The translations under genes were made by a program, and so were the position numbers. The notes under the pieces are model-generated. The model saw only the letters and a program-made list of their open reading frames with translations, had not been told where the DNA came from and searched no databases. Source: Camelus ferus (lineage: Eukaryota). Taken from it: 64,000 nucleotides of DNA. The DNA lies in NCBI RefSeq assembly GCF_009834535.1, contig NC_045696.1, positions 115,694,001 to 115,758,000 on the forward strand. The letters are read 5' to 3'. Below are positions 25,103 through 38,710 of the stretch, in pieces. Position 1 is the stretch's first letter. The number at the start of each line of letters is the position of its first letter.

Positions 25103-25814
25103 AACACAGTCTTAATAATGCCAAGTCAAAATCAACCCTACTGTGGTTAAACGGAGTTGTTCTCCTTTTTCACCCCCAGAAATAGGAAAATGCATCTTGC
25201 CTGCACTTAGAGATCTTTATTTTTTACACTTCAAGTTAGAATGAAGGTGAAAAACAGAAACTTGATAATAGGCCATGTGGCTTTCAACCTCCAATTACAT
25301 CCTAATGAAAACATAAGTAAAACCAGAAAAACTCTTAGTATGTGGAAAAACTAGAAGTGCCACACAGCCTGATGTCAGAATCGTGGCTGCATGGCCATTA
25401 CCTTAACAATAATTAACCACTGGGACGTTGGGAGGGCTGTTTCTTGTAAAATCAAGGTTTCATGTCTTGATATAATTCTTGTTTTATAAAGGAGGGGTGA
25501 TAATGACATACATTTTGCTTTCACAGTGGTCCGTACTGAACCCAGGTCTCCAGCAATAAGAACACTAGGTAGCTGCTGCCCTTCTCTGAGAGTGCTTCTT
25601 TTGGAAAGAGGGGAACCCACTTTCAGATATAGGAAGCTACTGAACTTATAGGAAGCTGCTTGCGTCCAGTCCTTCTAGGCGGAAGGTAGCCGCCGGCTCC
25701 CACCAAACCAAATGAGCTCCCGGGTTCTATTCAGAACATGCCATTCATTGCCCGTACTCTGCCATGTGTACTCATGCCTTTTACCCATCTTGAAATTGGG
25801 ATTTGGGGGCAAGA

Positions 25815-28198
25815 CTGTTATCTGAAAAATGGAGGTATAGAAATTTCTAGAGCCTAACTCATCCCACATACATCAATTTGAACAATTATCTGGGCACGAA
25901 AATGCCATCATGAGAGTTAAGGATTCCAGGTGAGAGATTATAGCACCTGAGTGAAGCACAGAGATAAGCAGCATTGAGGAAGGTAGGAAACATAGATTTG
26001 CATTACCCACATCACCCCTTCACCAAGTCCGAACAGCCCAGCATGGAGATACTCCCTCTATGGGAGAAAGAGAGTGAAGTGAAGGATCAGCTTCATAACA
26101 GGACCCCTCATTAATGCCCCAGCACCACGCTGACACCTGGGGCCCTAGGTGACCCTTCCAGTGGACTCCTGCAAAGACAGGCTCCTGGCTCAGTTGGGCA
26201 CCTGCTGGCTCCAGTGACCCCAGGTGGCCCCAGGTGACTTCAGCAACACCAGGCTCCCAGGAGGCCCCCATGAATCCAGGCCCTTGGCTCACTCTGGCAT
26301 CTGCCAGCTTCCATAGCCCAGGTAGCTCCTGTGATACCAGGCTTCCAGTGGGCTTCAGCAAATCCAGGCTCCCAACCCACTCTGGCACTGACCAGCTCCC
26401 TCATCCCTGTCTGGTTCCCAGGACACAAGGCTCTCAATCAGCCCCTGCAAACACAGGCTCCAGGTGGGCACCTGTGAACCCAGGCTCCCAGAAGGGCCGA
26501 GTGCCAGGCCAACTACCATAGGCCAAGTATTTATCAACACTAGCTGATTGTTACTAACTTAAAACAGATTGTTTTATCTATGAGATCTTTCGTGTATGAG
26601 TCATAGTCATCAATAAGGAAACATTACTACACTTCAGGCCTAATGGCTTAACAGACACACACAGACCATTCTGCCCCACCCAAAGCATTGTAATTCACAA
26701 TTTTTCTCAAGTGCACATGAAATATCTTCCAGGATAAATCACACATTAGGTCACAAGACAAATCTTAGCAAATTTAAGAAGACTGAAATCATACTAAGCA
26801 TTTTTTCTGACAACAATGGTATGAACTAAAAAATCAATAACAGGAAGAAAACCAGAAAATTCACAAGTATGTGGAGGCTAAAAAACATGCTACTGAACAA
26901 TTAATGGGTTAAGGAATAAATCAAAAGGAAATTTTAAAAATATCTTGAGACAAATGAAGTGGAAACAAAACATACCAAAACTTATGGGATGCAGTAAAAG
27001 CAGTTCTAAGAGGAAGGTTTATAGTGATGAACTCCTACATTAATAAGAAAGATCTAAAATAAACAACCTAACTTCACACTTCAAGGAAACAGAAAAAGAA
27101 CTAAGCCCAAATTTAGCAGAAGGAAGGAAACAACAAAGAGCAGAAAAAACAGAAGAGATCAGAAAAATAATTAAAACGATCAATGGAATTAATATCTGTT
27201 TTTTTAAAAAAGATAAAAAACTTACCAACCATTAGTTAGACTGAGAAATAAAGGGAGAAGACTCAAGTAAATAGAGTCAAAATTTAAAGAAACATTATGA
27301 TTGACACAAGGGAATACAAAGGATCAAAGAGAATACGAACAATAATATGCCAAAAATTGGATAACCTAGAAGACATTGATAAATTCCTAGAAACATACAA
27401 ATAGACTACCAAGACTGAATTACGAAAAAATAGAAAATTTTAACAGACCAAAAACAAGGAGATTAAATCAGAAATCAAAAACCTCCCATCAAAGAAAAGC
27501 CCAGAATCAGATGGTTTCACTAGTAAATTCAATGAAACATTTAAATATTTAACACCAAACTTTCTGAAACTGAAGTTAGAAAAGAGGAATTGAAAAAAAA
27601 AAAAAACATGAAGGAACACTCCAAAACATTTTATGACACTAGTATTATTCTGATGCCAAAGCCAGATAAGGACACTTCAAGAAAAGAAAATTTAAGGCCA
27701 GTATCCCTTGATTGTGGATGGCCACATTCTCAACAAAATATTAGCAAACCAAATTCAACAGCACATTAAAAGGATCATACATCATGACCCAATGGGATTT
27801 ATCACTGGAATGCAAGGAGGGTTCAACATATGCAAATCATTAATGTGATACACTGCATTAATAAAATGGAAGTAAATATCATATGATCATCTCAATAGGT
27901 GCAGAAAAAAAAGAATTTGATAAAATTCAACATTCTTTCATGATAAAAGCTCACAATAATTTGGATATAGAAGGAACATACCTCAACATATAAAGATCAT
28001 ATACATAACAGATCTACAGGTAACAACATACTCAATGGTCAAAGGTTGAAAGTTTTCCTCTAACATCAGGACCAAGACAAGGATGCTAGGGACTAAGGAA
28101 TAGCTCAGTGGTAGAGTGTTTGCCTAGCATTCATGAGGTCCTGGGTTCAATCCTCATTATGAATGTTAAAGAATACATAAATAAACCTAATTACCACC

Positions 28199-28229
<31 letters not shown>

Positions 28230-29679
28230 GACAAGATGCCCAATCTTACTCAGCATAATACTAGGAGTCCTAGCTAGGGCAGTCAGGTTAAAAAAAAAAG
28301 AAATAAAAGTCATCCATAAGGTAAAGCTGTCTGTTTGCAGATGATATAATTTTATATATGTAAAATCTTAAAGGCTTCACTAAAAAGTATTAAAATTAAT
28401 TAATGAATTCAGTAAAACTTCAGGATACAAAAATCAACATACACAAATCACTTGTGTTTCTATACACTAACAATGAACTATCTGAAAAAGAAATGAAGAA
28501 AACAATTCTATTTAAAATAGCATCAAAAATAATAAAATTCTTAAGAATAAATTCAACCAAGAAGGTGAAAGATCTATATACTGAAAATAGCAAGACACTG
28601 ATGAAAGAAAATAAAGAAGACATAAACAGATGGAAAGACATCCTGTGTTGAAGGAGAATCAGAAGAATTAATATTGCTAAGATGTCCATACTACCCAAAA
28701 TAACCTACAAATTCAACACAATCCCTACCAAAATTCCAATAGCATTTTTCACAGGAAGAGAAAGAAATTCTAACATTTATATGGAGTCGTAAAAGAACCT
28801 GAGTAGCCAAAGCAATCATAAGGAAAAAGAACAAAGCTGGAGGCATCGCAATTCTTGATTTCAAACTTTATTACAAAGCTATAATAATCAAAAGAGTATG
28901 CTACCGTCATACAACTGACACACAGATCAATGTAACGTAATTCAAAGCCCGGAAATAAATCCACACATATACAGTCAACTGATATTTGACAACAGTGCCA
29001 AGAATACTCAGTGGGAAGAGGATAGCATTTTCAATAAGTGATGTTGGGAAAACTGAATATTCACATGCAAAAGAATAGCATTAAGCCCCTGTCTTACACC
29101 CCTCACCAAAATTAACACAAAATGAATTATAGACTATATATAAGACCCAGAACTATAAACTGCCAGGTGGAAATACAGAGAAAATGCTCCCTGACATTGG
29201 TCTTGGCAATGATTTTTGCATATGATACTAAAAGTGTAAGCAACAAAGGCAAAAAGAAACAAGTGGCATAACAGCAAACTAAAAACTTCTGCATAGCAAA
29301 AGATGAAAATCACCAAGATTAAAAAACAATCTATGGAATGGAGAAAATATTTGCAAACACCTGATAAGGGGTTAATATTCAAAGCATGTCAGGAACTCAT
29401 ACAACTCAATAGCAAAAACAACAATCCTATAAATAAGGATGAGAAGTCTTGAATAAATTCTTTTTCCAAAGGAGACACTTCATAGATGTATGAAAAAAAT
29501 TGTTCAGCATCACTATTCATTAGGGAAAGCAAATCAAAACCACAATGAGATGCCACTTCACACCTGTTAAAATGACTGTCATCAAAAAGACAAGAGATAA
29601 TGTGTTGGTGAGAAAAGCGATCCTCATTCAATATTGGTGGGAATGTAATTTGGTGCAGCCACTATGAAAACAGTATGGA
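25815..29679 (+). mobile_element. Old L1: 5'UTR with GC-rich repeats, no recognisable ORF1, most of ORF2 degraded
   Basis: CCAGGCTCC-type degenerate repeats at 26130-26530. ORF2 from about 26610, with an RT remnant (TTTGCAGATGATATA = FADDI) and ORF 28403-28651 (KINIHKSLVFLYTNNE..KDLYTEN). Confidence 0.9.
28088..28229 (+). mobile_element. Vic-1-type SINE nested in L1 ORF2
   Basis: TAGCTCAGTGGTAGAG (A box), GGTCCTGGGTTCAATCC (B box), long pure A tail, TSD AAGACAAGGATGC / AAGACAAGATGC. Confidence 0.92.
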
Positions 29680-30372
29680 GATTCCTCAAAAGACTAGGAA
29701 TAGACTTACCATATGACCCAGGAGTCCTGCTCCTGGACCTATATCCAGAAGGAACCCTACTTCAGGATGACACCTGCACCCCAATGTTCACAGCAGCACT
29801 ATTTACAATAGCCAAGACATGGAGACAGCCTAAATGTCCATCAACAGATGACTGGATAAAGAAGAGGTGGTATATTTATACAATGGAATACTACTCAGCC
29901 ATAAAAACTGACAACATGATGCCATTTGCAGCAACATGGATGCTCCTGGAGAATGTCATTCTAAGTGAAGTAAGCCAGAAAGAGAAAGAAAAATAGCATA
30001 TGAGATCACTTATATGTGGAATCTAAAAAACAAAAACAAAAACAAAGCATAAATACAAAACAGAAATAGACTCATAGACATGGAATACTAACTTGTGGTT
30101 GCCAAGGGGGAGGAGGGTGGGAAGGGATAGATGGGATTTCAACATTGTAGAATAGATAAACAAGATTATACTGTACAGCACAGGGAAATATATACAAGAT
30201 CTTATGGTAGCTCACAGAGAAAAAAATGTGACAATGAATATATATATGTTCATGTATAACTGAAAAATTGTACTCTACACTGGAATTTGACACAACATTG
30301 TAAAATGATTATAAATCAATAAAAAATATTAAAAAAATAAATAAAATGTTACATTTACAAAAAAAAAAAAAA
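29680..30372 (+). mobile_element. Young L1 3' end (ORF2 C-terminus, 3'UTR, polyA)
   Basis: Open ORF 29664-29996 (LPYDP..TCTPMFTAALFTIAKTWRQPKCPSTDDWIKKRWYIYTMEYYSAIK), a clean 3'UTR and an A tail. The 5' junction is blurred by homology. Confidence 0.93.
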
Positions 30373-30599
30373 GACAAGAGGTAACGTGTTGGTGAGAAAA
30401 GCAATCCTCGTTCAATGTTGGTGGGAATGTAGTTTGGTGCAGCCACTATGAAAACAGTATGGAATTTCTTCAAAAAATCTCTACATAAATAATAATTGAC
30501 AAATAATGCATGACCACATTCTCAATATAAAAAAAGTATGACAATTATACAGAGTAAAAATGTAAACATTTTCCGCATGGTTTTGAATTTGTTCTTCCG

Positions 30600-30975
30600 T
30601 AAGTCCCATTTCTTCCCCTAGAGATAATCAGTGTTATTGGCTTGGCATATAGCCTTGTAGGCTTTGTTTTATATGCATTTAAATGTACAAAGCTTTGTTG
30701 TTCTAATTTAATTTCAAAAAAGTGTATTCCTATAATTTTTTTTTTTCCACTGGACAATATGTCTTGGAAACCCTGACTTTTTAAATTATATGCATCATCA
30801 TTTATTTCCCTGGTCACCTATTGAAAAACATTTGAGTGATTTCTAAATTTGAATTATTAGAGGGAGTGCTTCAGTAAGTTTTCCTATACAAATGTCATTT
30901 TGCAGACATACTAATATTTCCATAAAACACCTAACTTAGAAATGGCATTGCTAGGTTAAAGAATACACACTTTTT
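30600..30975 (-). mobile_element. Ancient L1 (L1ME-like) fragment
   Basis: ACAATATGTCTTGGA and TAGAAATGGCATTGCTAGGTTAAAG antisense landmarks. Confidence 0.55.
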
Positions 30976-32379
30976 TGGTGTTTCTCTTTTTTTCCCCAAA
31001 ATGTTCTTAGATCTTCTTACACTTTGTCTCTTCCATTTAAATTTTAAAATCAATTTGTCAGTTCCATGAAGGAACTGTGCACATTATGATGAGGAATATC
31101 ACACACACACACAAAAAACATCATATGTGAGAAGAATGGCATTGAAAGACATTTGGGATACATATTATTGCAAACAAAAATTATAGCTGAATCTATATAA
31201 TTGTAGATTTTTTAATTATAGGGCCCATGGGGAGAGAAATAGATCTATGTATCTAGATTTATCTGGACACTTTTAGAAAGAAATATACTAAAACGTTACT
31301 AGTGATCATTAGCTGATAGGAACACTGATGATTTTTACGTCCTTCCTTGTATTTTTTAACTGACTCTTCTACATTTAACATAATGAGCACTGTGACTTAT
31401 ACAACATAAAAGCTATTTCTTCTCAAAACATAAAGTGAAAGCCTGTTAACATGCCTATCTCTAGAAGAAGCAACGTATCTGAAACACTCTTTAATTGAAG
31501 CAAAGAAATTAGTTTAAGTACAGAACCTATTTGCTTCCAGGAAGAAGAGTGGATTTGGGCTGCCTAATGCGATCATCCAATTTTCATGTTAATAAAATCC
31601 TTTCTGCATTGCCTGAAGATATGTTGGATGGCAGTAAACAAGAGAAGATGAAGTGGGAATTCAATAAAAAAAAAATTTATTTCGACAGAAAACCCTAATA
31701 TCATACTAGACATAAATGTGCTAGCTGGTCTGACTTCAAATTTGTGACCACCGCCCTTCAGTGAGCCCTCAGGGCTGCCAAGCCATCCTCTTCCATTTCC
31801 ACACTCAGCTCACTCTCGCTTCTGGAAGCTCTTGCTTCTCATTTCCCTGGGAAAGCTGCAAGCAGAACATAGCTTCCAAACCCTCATGCCTCTTCCCAAG
31901 TTTACCGACTTGCCTCTTTTGGTCTCCATGCACTCCACCTTCCTTTCTGTTAGAATGGGTGAATTGTCTGTAGTTCTAAAGCCAGTCCATCCACTTGGCC
32001 CGGGAACCTACAGAAGACCTTTACTCCAGCAATTGTACCTTCCCCTTCACCCATTTCTCTTTCTGAATGCTATGGATATATAAAGTACAAACAACCTCTC
32101 AACAGAGAAATTTGTAGTTCTATTTACATTTTATCCTAGATACATATTTTTGAGTGTTGATGGTGAAAACAAAGCAGAACTTACCCTGTCCTTTAGGGAT
32201 CAATTAATTAACAAGTATAACATACAAGGAGGCAATAACCTCGCTCTTCTATTCCCTTGGACCTTGTCTGTTAAGAAGACCTCAACCTCAAGCATCCTGC
32301 TTTCTTTTCTGTTAGGTCTCCAACCCACTCCTTCCAGTAACACAAATCCAGTGAATTTTTAAACACACAGGAATCCACT

Positions 32380-33968
32380 GATCCTATACATTTTCACTGC
32401 CTATCACTCTAATAAGACCTTGTCCTTTTGCCTGCCAAGCCCCTCTTTATTACATATTTCCATCAGCATTTAATCATGATGCACTATCTCCTCATTAAAA
32501 CATGCTATTTCTTTACCAGACATCACCATCCAGTTACTGCCCCATTTCTCTAATCCTTTTTGGTAAATCTGAAAAGAAAAATTATTCTTTTTCCGGTATC
32601 TCTCATCTTATTCTCTCTTGAATGCTAAGAAAATTTTCATTCCTACTTCTCCACTAATACCATTTTTGTCAAGTCCACAAGGACTGCCTTACCTAAGTCC
32701 ACATGGCCAAACTCAACAGCCAGTTACCCATCGTCTTCTAATTCAGTTTCTCAATAGCATTTGACACAGGTAAACATGGCTTTTTTAAAACACTCTTCAC
32801 CTGTCCTCTGAGATCCGGCATTCATCTGGCTTTTCCTCCTTCTCAGTTTATATGGGTCATTCTCAGCTTCCCAGCATCTAAATATCGCAGTGCCCAGGGC
32901 TCAATTTTCGTTTACTCCCTATGTGTGATCTTGACCACATCTATGGCGTTAGACATCACCTACATACTAATTACTTCAAAAATATATTTAGTCCCAACTT
33001 ATCCTCTGACCTAAAAACTGCAAATCCTACTGCCTACTGAGCAGCTTCAGTCAGGTTTCAAATAAACATCTCAGATTTAACTTACCCAAAGCTGAAATAT
33101 TGCATCCTCCCCCACAACCTTTCCTCATCTGTGTCCTCCAGCTCAGCAAACGATACCACCCGTCACTTCGATGCTTAACCAGAAAGCTTGCAATCACTTT
33201 GGCAGTTCTCTTTCTTTCACCCTCTACAAACAACCCATTAGAAAATAAGTTGGCTTTATCTTTGAGATATATCCCATCTCCAGACTTCATCCACCACTTC
33301 CACAACAGTCACCCCACGATTCCTCACCCCAGCCACGACAAAGCCCTCTGAATTCCTGCTTCTCTCAGTCTGTACTGACCACGACCCATTCTCCAGAGCA
33401 CCGTTGGAGGGGCAGTGTGAAATTAGAGCAGGTTAGTTCTCTGCCTCAAACCCTCCAGTGTTTTCTCTTCTCACTTAGAATAAAGCTCAAATTCCCTACC
33501 ATGGCCTGTGGGCCTGCTCAGTGCTCTCCCCAACATGATTTTTAGACAATCCCCCCTTTTCTCACCAGGCTCCATCCCCACTGGCCCCATGGCTGACCCA
33601 TAAGCACATGTTGAGGCCTTGGGGCACACTGAATCCTCCAGCTACTCTCATCCCAGCATCACCTCCTAACTTTGCTTAGACTTCTTCTTAAATGTCACCT
33701 TCCTAGAAAGGCCTTTCCCTGACGATTGTGTATAAAATCAGTCAGCTCCCTAAACCCTGCCTATTCTCTTTCCCTAAGTTGATTTTATGAATCTCTGCTG
33801 CACTGGTTCATACTCACCGTATATACTCACTGACTTATCTCCTGAATCCCACCGGACTCCAGTTTCTATCGGGAGAGAAACTGTGGTCCGTGGCCGCCTT
33901 CCCAATGTATGCATGAGAGCCTGGCAGGTGGTAGGCACTCAGTAAAGATTTGTTGGATAAGTGACTGA
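32380..33968 (+). mobile_element. L2 3' portion
   Basis: Pyrimidine-rich; AGCATTTGACACAG, AAATGTCACCTTCC and end CCTGGCAGGTGGTAGGCACTCAGTAAAGATTTGTTG. Confidence 0.85.
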
Positions 33969-34329
33969 AGTCAGTCATGCTTCCTGCGCTACCTAATTTC
34001 TTAATTACTAGTACTTTAAACTCACTAATTCCATCGCTAGGTCACGCCTGTAAGCTCAGACATTTCACCCAAGAATTAAAAAGCCATGTTAACATGGTAT
34101 ACAGATCACAGGAACATTTTTTAATATAGAAATCATCAAAAGGGTTGAGACAATACATTAATGTGTGAGAAATAAATGGCTTCCCTGGAGCACACTCTGC
34201 TCAGTGCTCTTGGCTGGATATAAAGCGTCCGGTCTTTTCAAGGGAATGCTTCTCCCCAAGGCTCCTAGTCCCTTGGCAGGCTCTGGTTATAATTTTGTTT
34301 GAACAAAATCCCAAGATTTAAGATGCTGA

Positions 34330-34475
34330 AGTCTATTCCTGGCTCTGCTAATTCTTAACTGTGCAGCTTTAGCCATATGGCTTCACCCTTTCTGAGCTTC
34401 AGATTTCTCACCTGTAAAATCAAGGCAATTATACTGATATCGTTTCCCAAGAATGTTTTGAAGAACAATTAATGA
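34330..34475 (+). mobile_element. MIR SINE
   Basis: TCTGAGCTTCAGATTTCTCACCTGTAAAAT core. Confidence 0.7.
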
Positions 34476-35434
34476 TAGTAATTATTAAAGAGTTGATTTC
34501 ACTCTTCATTGGGTATTAATTAAGTGCTGCTTTGGGCAAAATTCTGTTAATTCTCTAAAAAGCCGAGTGGATGGGTAACAGAGTATTCAGACGTCACCTT
34601 CAGCCTAAAGGAATACCTACTAGAAAATATAAGAAGAAAAACAATGCATTATACCAAAAAAAAAAAAAAAAAAAAAAAAAAAGCCCTCTGTATGGCCACA
34701 ATCTCCCATCATCTTTTCTCCTTACCCTAAACTTTACTCTCTCAGCTGTGAAATGAAAGAAGAGAGAGGCTATTGTGGCCTCATTTCACAGAACTTCAGA
34801 GCCTTGGAGGAGCCCACCAGCTCTCTGCCTCTAGCTCAGTGCGTTCACTTTAGAGATAAAGTACTTGACAACCAGAGATGTGAGCGTTTTCCAAGTGCCC
34901 CAGGCGGAGTCTCTGTCTCCTAATCCCCAGTTCACTGTGCTCTGGCTGATACACTAGGCTGCCCGCCATTGTCCCGAAGCATAGCATGGTGGCTAGACTC
35001 TATTTCAGGCAGCATGAATGGCCAACTCACTTTTGATGAGAAGCCTGGTAATTTAAGGCTATTAACTTACAGGTAGTTTGGGACCTAAGGATGAATTTGG
35101 CTAAAAGATAATGAATAGAAATGAATAGCTTTTGAACCCCCTACCATTGTGTATCTAAAAATCCTACTAGCTTCTTTATAGCTTCTGGTTTGGTTCCCCC
35201 TCATGATAACCATACAAAGAGAGGTATTTTCACACTTATTTAATAATCATGTTTTTACACTTGTTTAATAACTGAGTATCTAGAAGTTTGTGTGACATAC
35301 CTCAAACAATACATTTATTAAGTGATAGAGTTAAGATTTGGATCCAGATTTATCCAGTTCCTACATTTATTTTTACCACTACAGAATATAAGAGAAAATT
35401 TGTGTGTCAGTGGAAGCCTATGTTTTATCTACAG

Positions 35435-35622
35435 CAAGAGCAAGAAAACTTTTCCATAAAGGGCCCAATAGTAAATATTTTAGGTTTACAGGCCATAAGG
35501 TTACATCTATTCAACTTTGCCATCTAGCATGCTAAGCAGTACGTAAAAAAATGGTTGTGTCCCAATAAAACTTTATCTACAAAAACAGGTGGCTTGACCT
35601 CAGCTATAGTTTTCCAACCCTA
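35435..35622 (+). mobile_element. MER58A-like hAT MITE
   Basis: TAAAGGGCCCAATAGTAAATATTTTAGG..TGTGTCCCAATAAAACTTTAT. Confidence 0.85.
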
Positions 35623-38351
35623 GTCAAGATCTCAACTTTGAGCTAACTGGTTCTGATCCTTGGGGAGCATCTTACAGCCAGCACACTTAGTTGCGGATAA
35701 TCAAGAACAATGTGAAATAATTCGTGTCTGTAGATGATGTAAATTCTGTTTGTCGGAGATTCAGTTGACTCTGCTCTCTCTGTGGAAGAAGCCAATTTTG
35801 CCTTCCATTTGCACATTCATTTCAACAGTCCTGATCTACACACATGCCTATTCTTTGGATTCTCCTTTGAGCAGGATTGACGTCTGCTAGCCCCTTTATT
35901 TCATTCATGAGTTAAATAAAATTTTTAACACATGTTCAGTTTATATCTGACAGTCATTATGTTACCATCTATGAAAAGTATTCTTTAACAACAGTATAGT
36001 AAAAAGCATTAACTTTCTCCCTCTGCTGTGTCCTAGCTTGTAAAAAATGTGAGTTCATCTTTTCTTCTCAGCTGGAGAAGAAATAAGAACACAGATGTTT
36101 CTGGGTACCCACAGAGACTCCGAGAGATCCCACGTGCGGACACTCTCCATTGGCTGCGAGCAGCCCTTGTTTTCTTCTCTTATGCAACATGAAAGTTGCT
36201 TCGTATCAGTCATGTCGGTGTTTGTCATAACAGAGAACATCACAACAGCTGATTCATCTTTTACGATACAAAGTTGATAGGAAGAGAGGAAGTTGCCAAC
36301 GTGACAAAGTGGTCTCCTCCGCAGATTTGACAGAGGTATTCTCCATTTGACACTTAGCTGGTGCGCTGAAGACAAACCAAATTGATTCTGGAAATAAACA
36401 TATTTCTTCCCACTCACCATCCACGTTCCCCTCTCTCAGCTCCCTCCTGAGCTGGATCATTTAGTGTTGGATTTGCCAGGGCTGGCCAGTGACAGCGTTC
36501 ATTAGCAAATCTTAGCATCTCAAGTTGAGGAGAAACCCTAAGGGTCATCTCCTTCATGTCAACGATGAAAAAGTAATAGGAATATCATAGTAATAATAAG
36601 AGCTAGTATCTACTCATCACTTGCTTGTGCCAGGCAATTTTTGAAATGTTTTATAGATAGAAAGCCCAAGATAGAACATCCATTGTCTTGACATAAATAT
36701 TAATAATTCCCTCTTCAATCTCAAATGTAACTCAATTTGGATGATAAATTATATGATTACCCCTTTGATGTATGGTATCTGATTTGATCTCCACGCAATT
36801 TTATGAAGTATGGTGTAACGTGCCGACGTGCATGAAGCTAGTTGGGCAGAAACATTGTGAACTGTACCTTGGCAGACTGACCATCGTTAACCACTGCATT
36901 ATTTTTCCATTTGCACGTCCATCGCATCTGAAACAGCACAGCCAAGTGGTTTTTCACTGAGACTGAACCCACCACCCAGGACAGGAACCAGTTCCATATT
37001 ATACAATGCTGTTGAAAGTCTTCTTGTTTATTGTGCTGAAATCTAGTCCCCTGTAGTTTCAGAAACAGGGACCAAAAAATTAGAACCAAATTGTAAAAGG
37101 CCTTTTTATTTCATGACAAGGAGTTGGTATTATCTCTGAAACTGAAAGCAAGTGGAAGGGCAAGGAAGTTGCTTTTTTTTGTTTGTTTTAGGCTGCTAAG
37201 CTCAGAGGCGTTGCTTTTGAATTATGCAAGAGGAGACTGAGAGTTTCACTAATCCTGAGAACAATTATTAGTCTTCTGTACTGTTTCACAGCTATTTAGA
37301 GCCTTATATTTGGTTTTACTCTTAGAACCAAAGGTTACGAATGTTGTGGATGGACAGCTGTATAGTCGCACGGTTGCTGTGTTAAGGGTTGGTAAGGTTT
37401 TATCTTTACTCATCACAGGCACCATTTAGTAGAATAGTAGGTGGGCAGGAAGCATCTCCTGAATTTGACCAGCAAGCAGAAGTTCTGATGATCATTAAGG
37501 TAATGGAAACTAAAAAGGAATGTGTATTTCTCCCCCTTTTCAGAGGTCTATACAGCAGACCTGTCAGATTTATTGCCTTAGACATCATGTTTTGAAGATG
37601 CTTTTGTTTTAGACAGGTTTAGCCAGCTACACAGGACCCACGAGGTTGAGATTCGACCAAAAGAAGACAGACAAACCTGTGAACGTGTGTGGGAAATGGG
37701 AAAACGTATTGGCCAAAAGGAATTTTTTTTTTTAATATCTAAAATAGCTGTAGCTTTTCGTGATGAAGCTAAAGGAAATATGCGTCAGGAAAGCCAAGTA
37801 CTCACTTTCAAAAACATTTCCCAGATGCATTTTCCTTTTTTCTCCTGGGGGTTTGTGATACAATTCTCCAGCTCTAAAGTAGGAAAAACATCTAGTCTGG
37901 TATATTTATTGTTAAGAGCATTATTAAATTCACTGGTTATCATTTAAGGATGGGAGGATTTTGATTGCCAACTTTAGAGCCCTTTTAAAAAATAAGAGCT
38001 TTGGTGTTCAGTGTGGCCAAGAAGCTTTTAAACCTCAGGTCTCATTTGCCTGGGGCAACATTTCACCTCCCTCTTCAAGTCTGCCATTTAAATTTCTATG
38101 TTATTCCCCTCCCAGCCTTGGAAACAGACCACCAAGTACTTTAAAATAGGAATCTTTATAGTTTAAATATCACATCTCTTATTTGGTTACAGAAACATTT
38201 ACCTTTAATTAAGTTCATTTCAAAAATCCATGTTTCCAATCAAAGAGAAAATGTGCCGTGGAATTCAAACATAATTCACCATCAAAGGAGGTGGCATGTT
38301 TAAAATGTTTCCTGCAGCCTGGAACAATAACTTGTTCCATCTTAGGGGAGC

Positions 38352-38710
38352 TGTTTTAGCCTGTTTGGGTGGCTCTAAGAGAAAACTGTAGATGGCTTAT
38401 AATGGCTTATAAACCACAGAAATGTATGCTTCACAGCTTCGGAAGTCCAAGGTCAAGGTGCTGGCAGGTCTTGTGACTCATGAGGACCTGCTCACTGGTA
38501 CCTAGACCGCCATCTTTTCACTGGGTCCTTGTAAGGTAAAGGAAACTTTGGTCTCTTTAGCCCCTCAAAAGGGCATAATCCCATTCAAGAGGGTGCCATC
38601 CTTATGACCTAATCACCTCCCAAAGGTCCCACATCCTCACACCATCACACTAAGGGGTTAGGGTTTCAGCATATGAATCCTGGAGAGGCACAAAGATTAA
38701 GTCAACTGCA
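38352..38710 (-). mobile_element. MaLR solo LTR (MLT1A-like)
   Basis: GGAAGTCCAAGGTCAAGGTGCTGGCAG and ATGACCTAATCACCTCCCAAAGG; TG..CA ends. Confidence 0.88.

Noticed and set aside
26130..26530. GC-rich repeat array as CRISPR-like or a repetitive protein exon
   Set aside because: Units are degenerate with no constant repeat-spacer period, and it lies within an L1 5'UTR.
28088..28155. tRNA gene
   Set aside because: The A and B boxes are the head of a SINE with a polyA tail and TSD; the same holds for the other three copies.
29664..29996. 110-aa ORF as a host gene
   Set aside because: It is the L1 ORF2 C-terminus. The same applies to ORFs at 1604, 14530-14858, 28403, 53179 and 56385.
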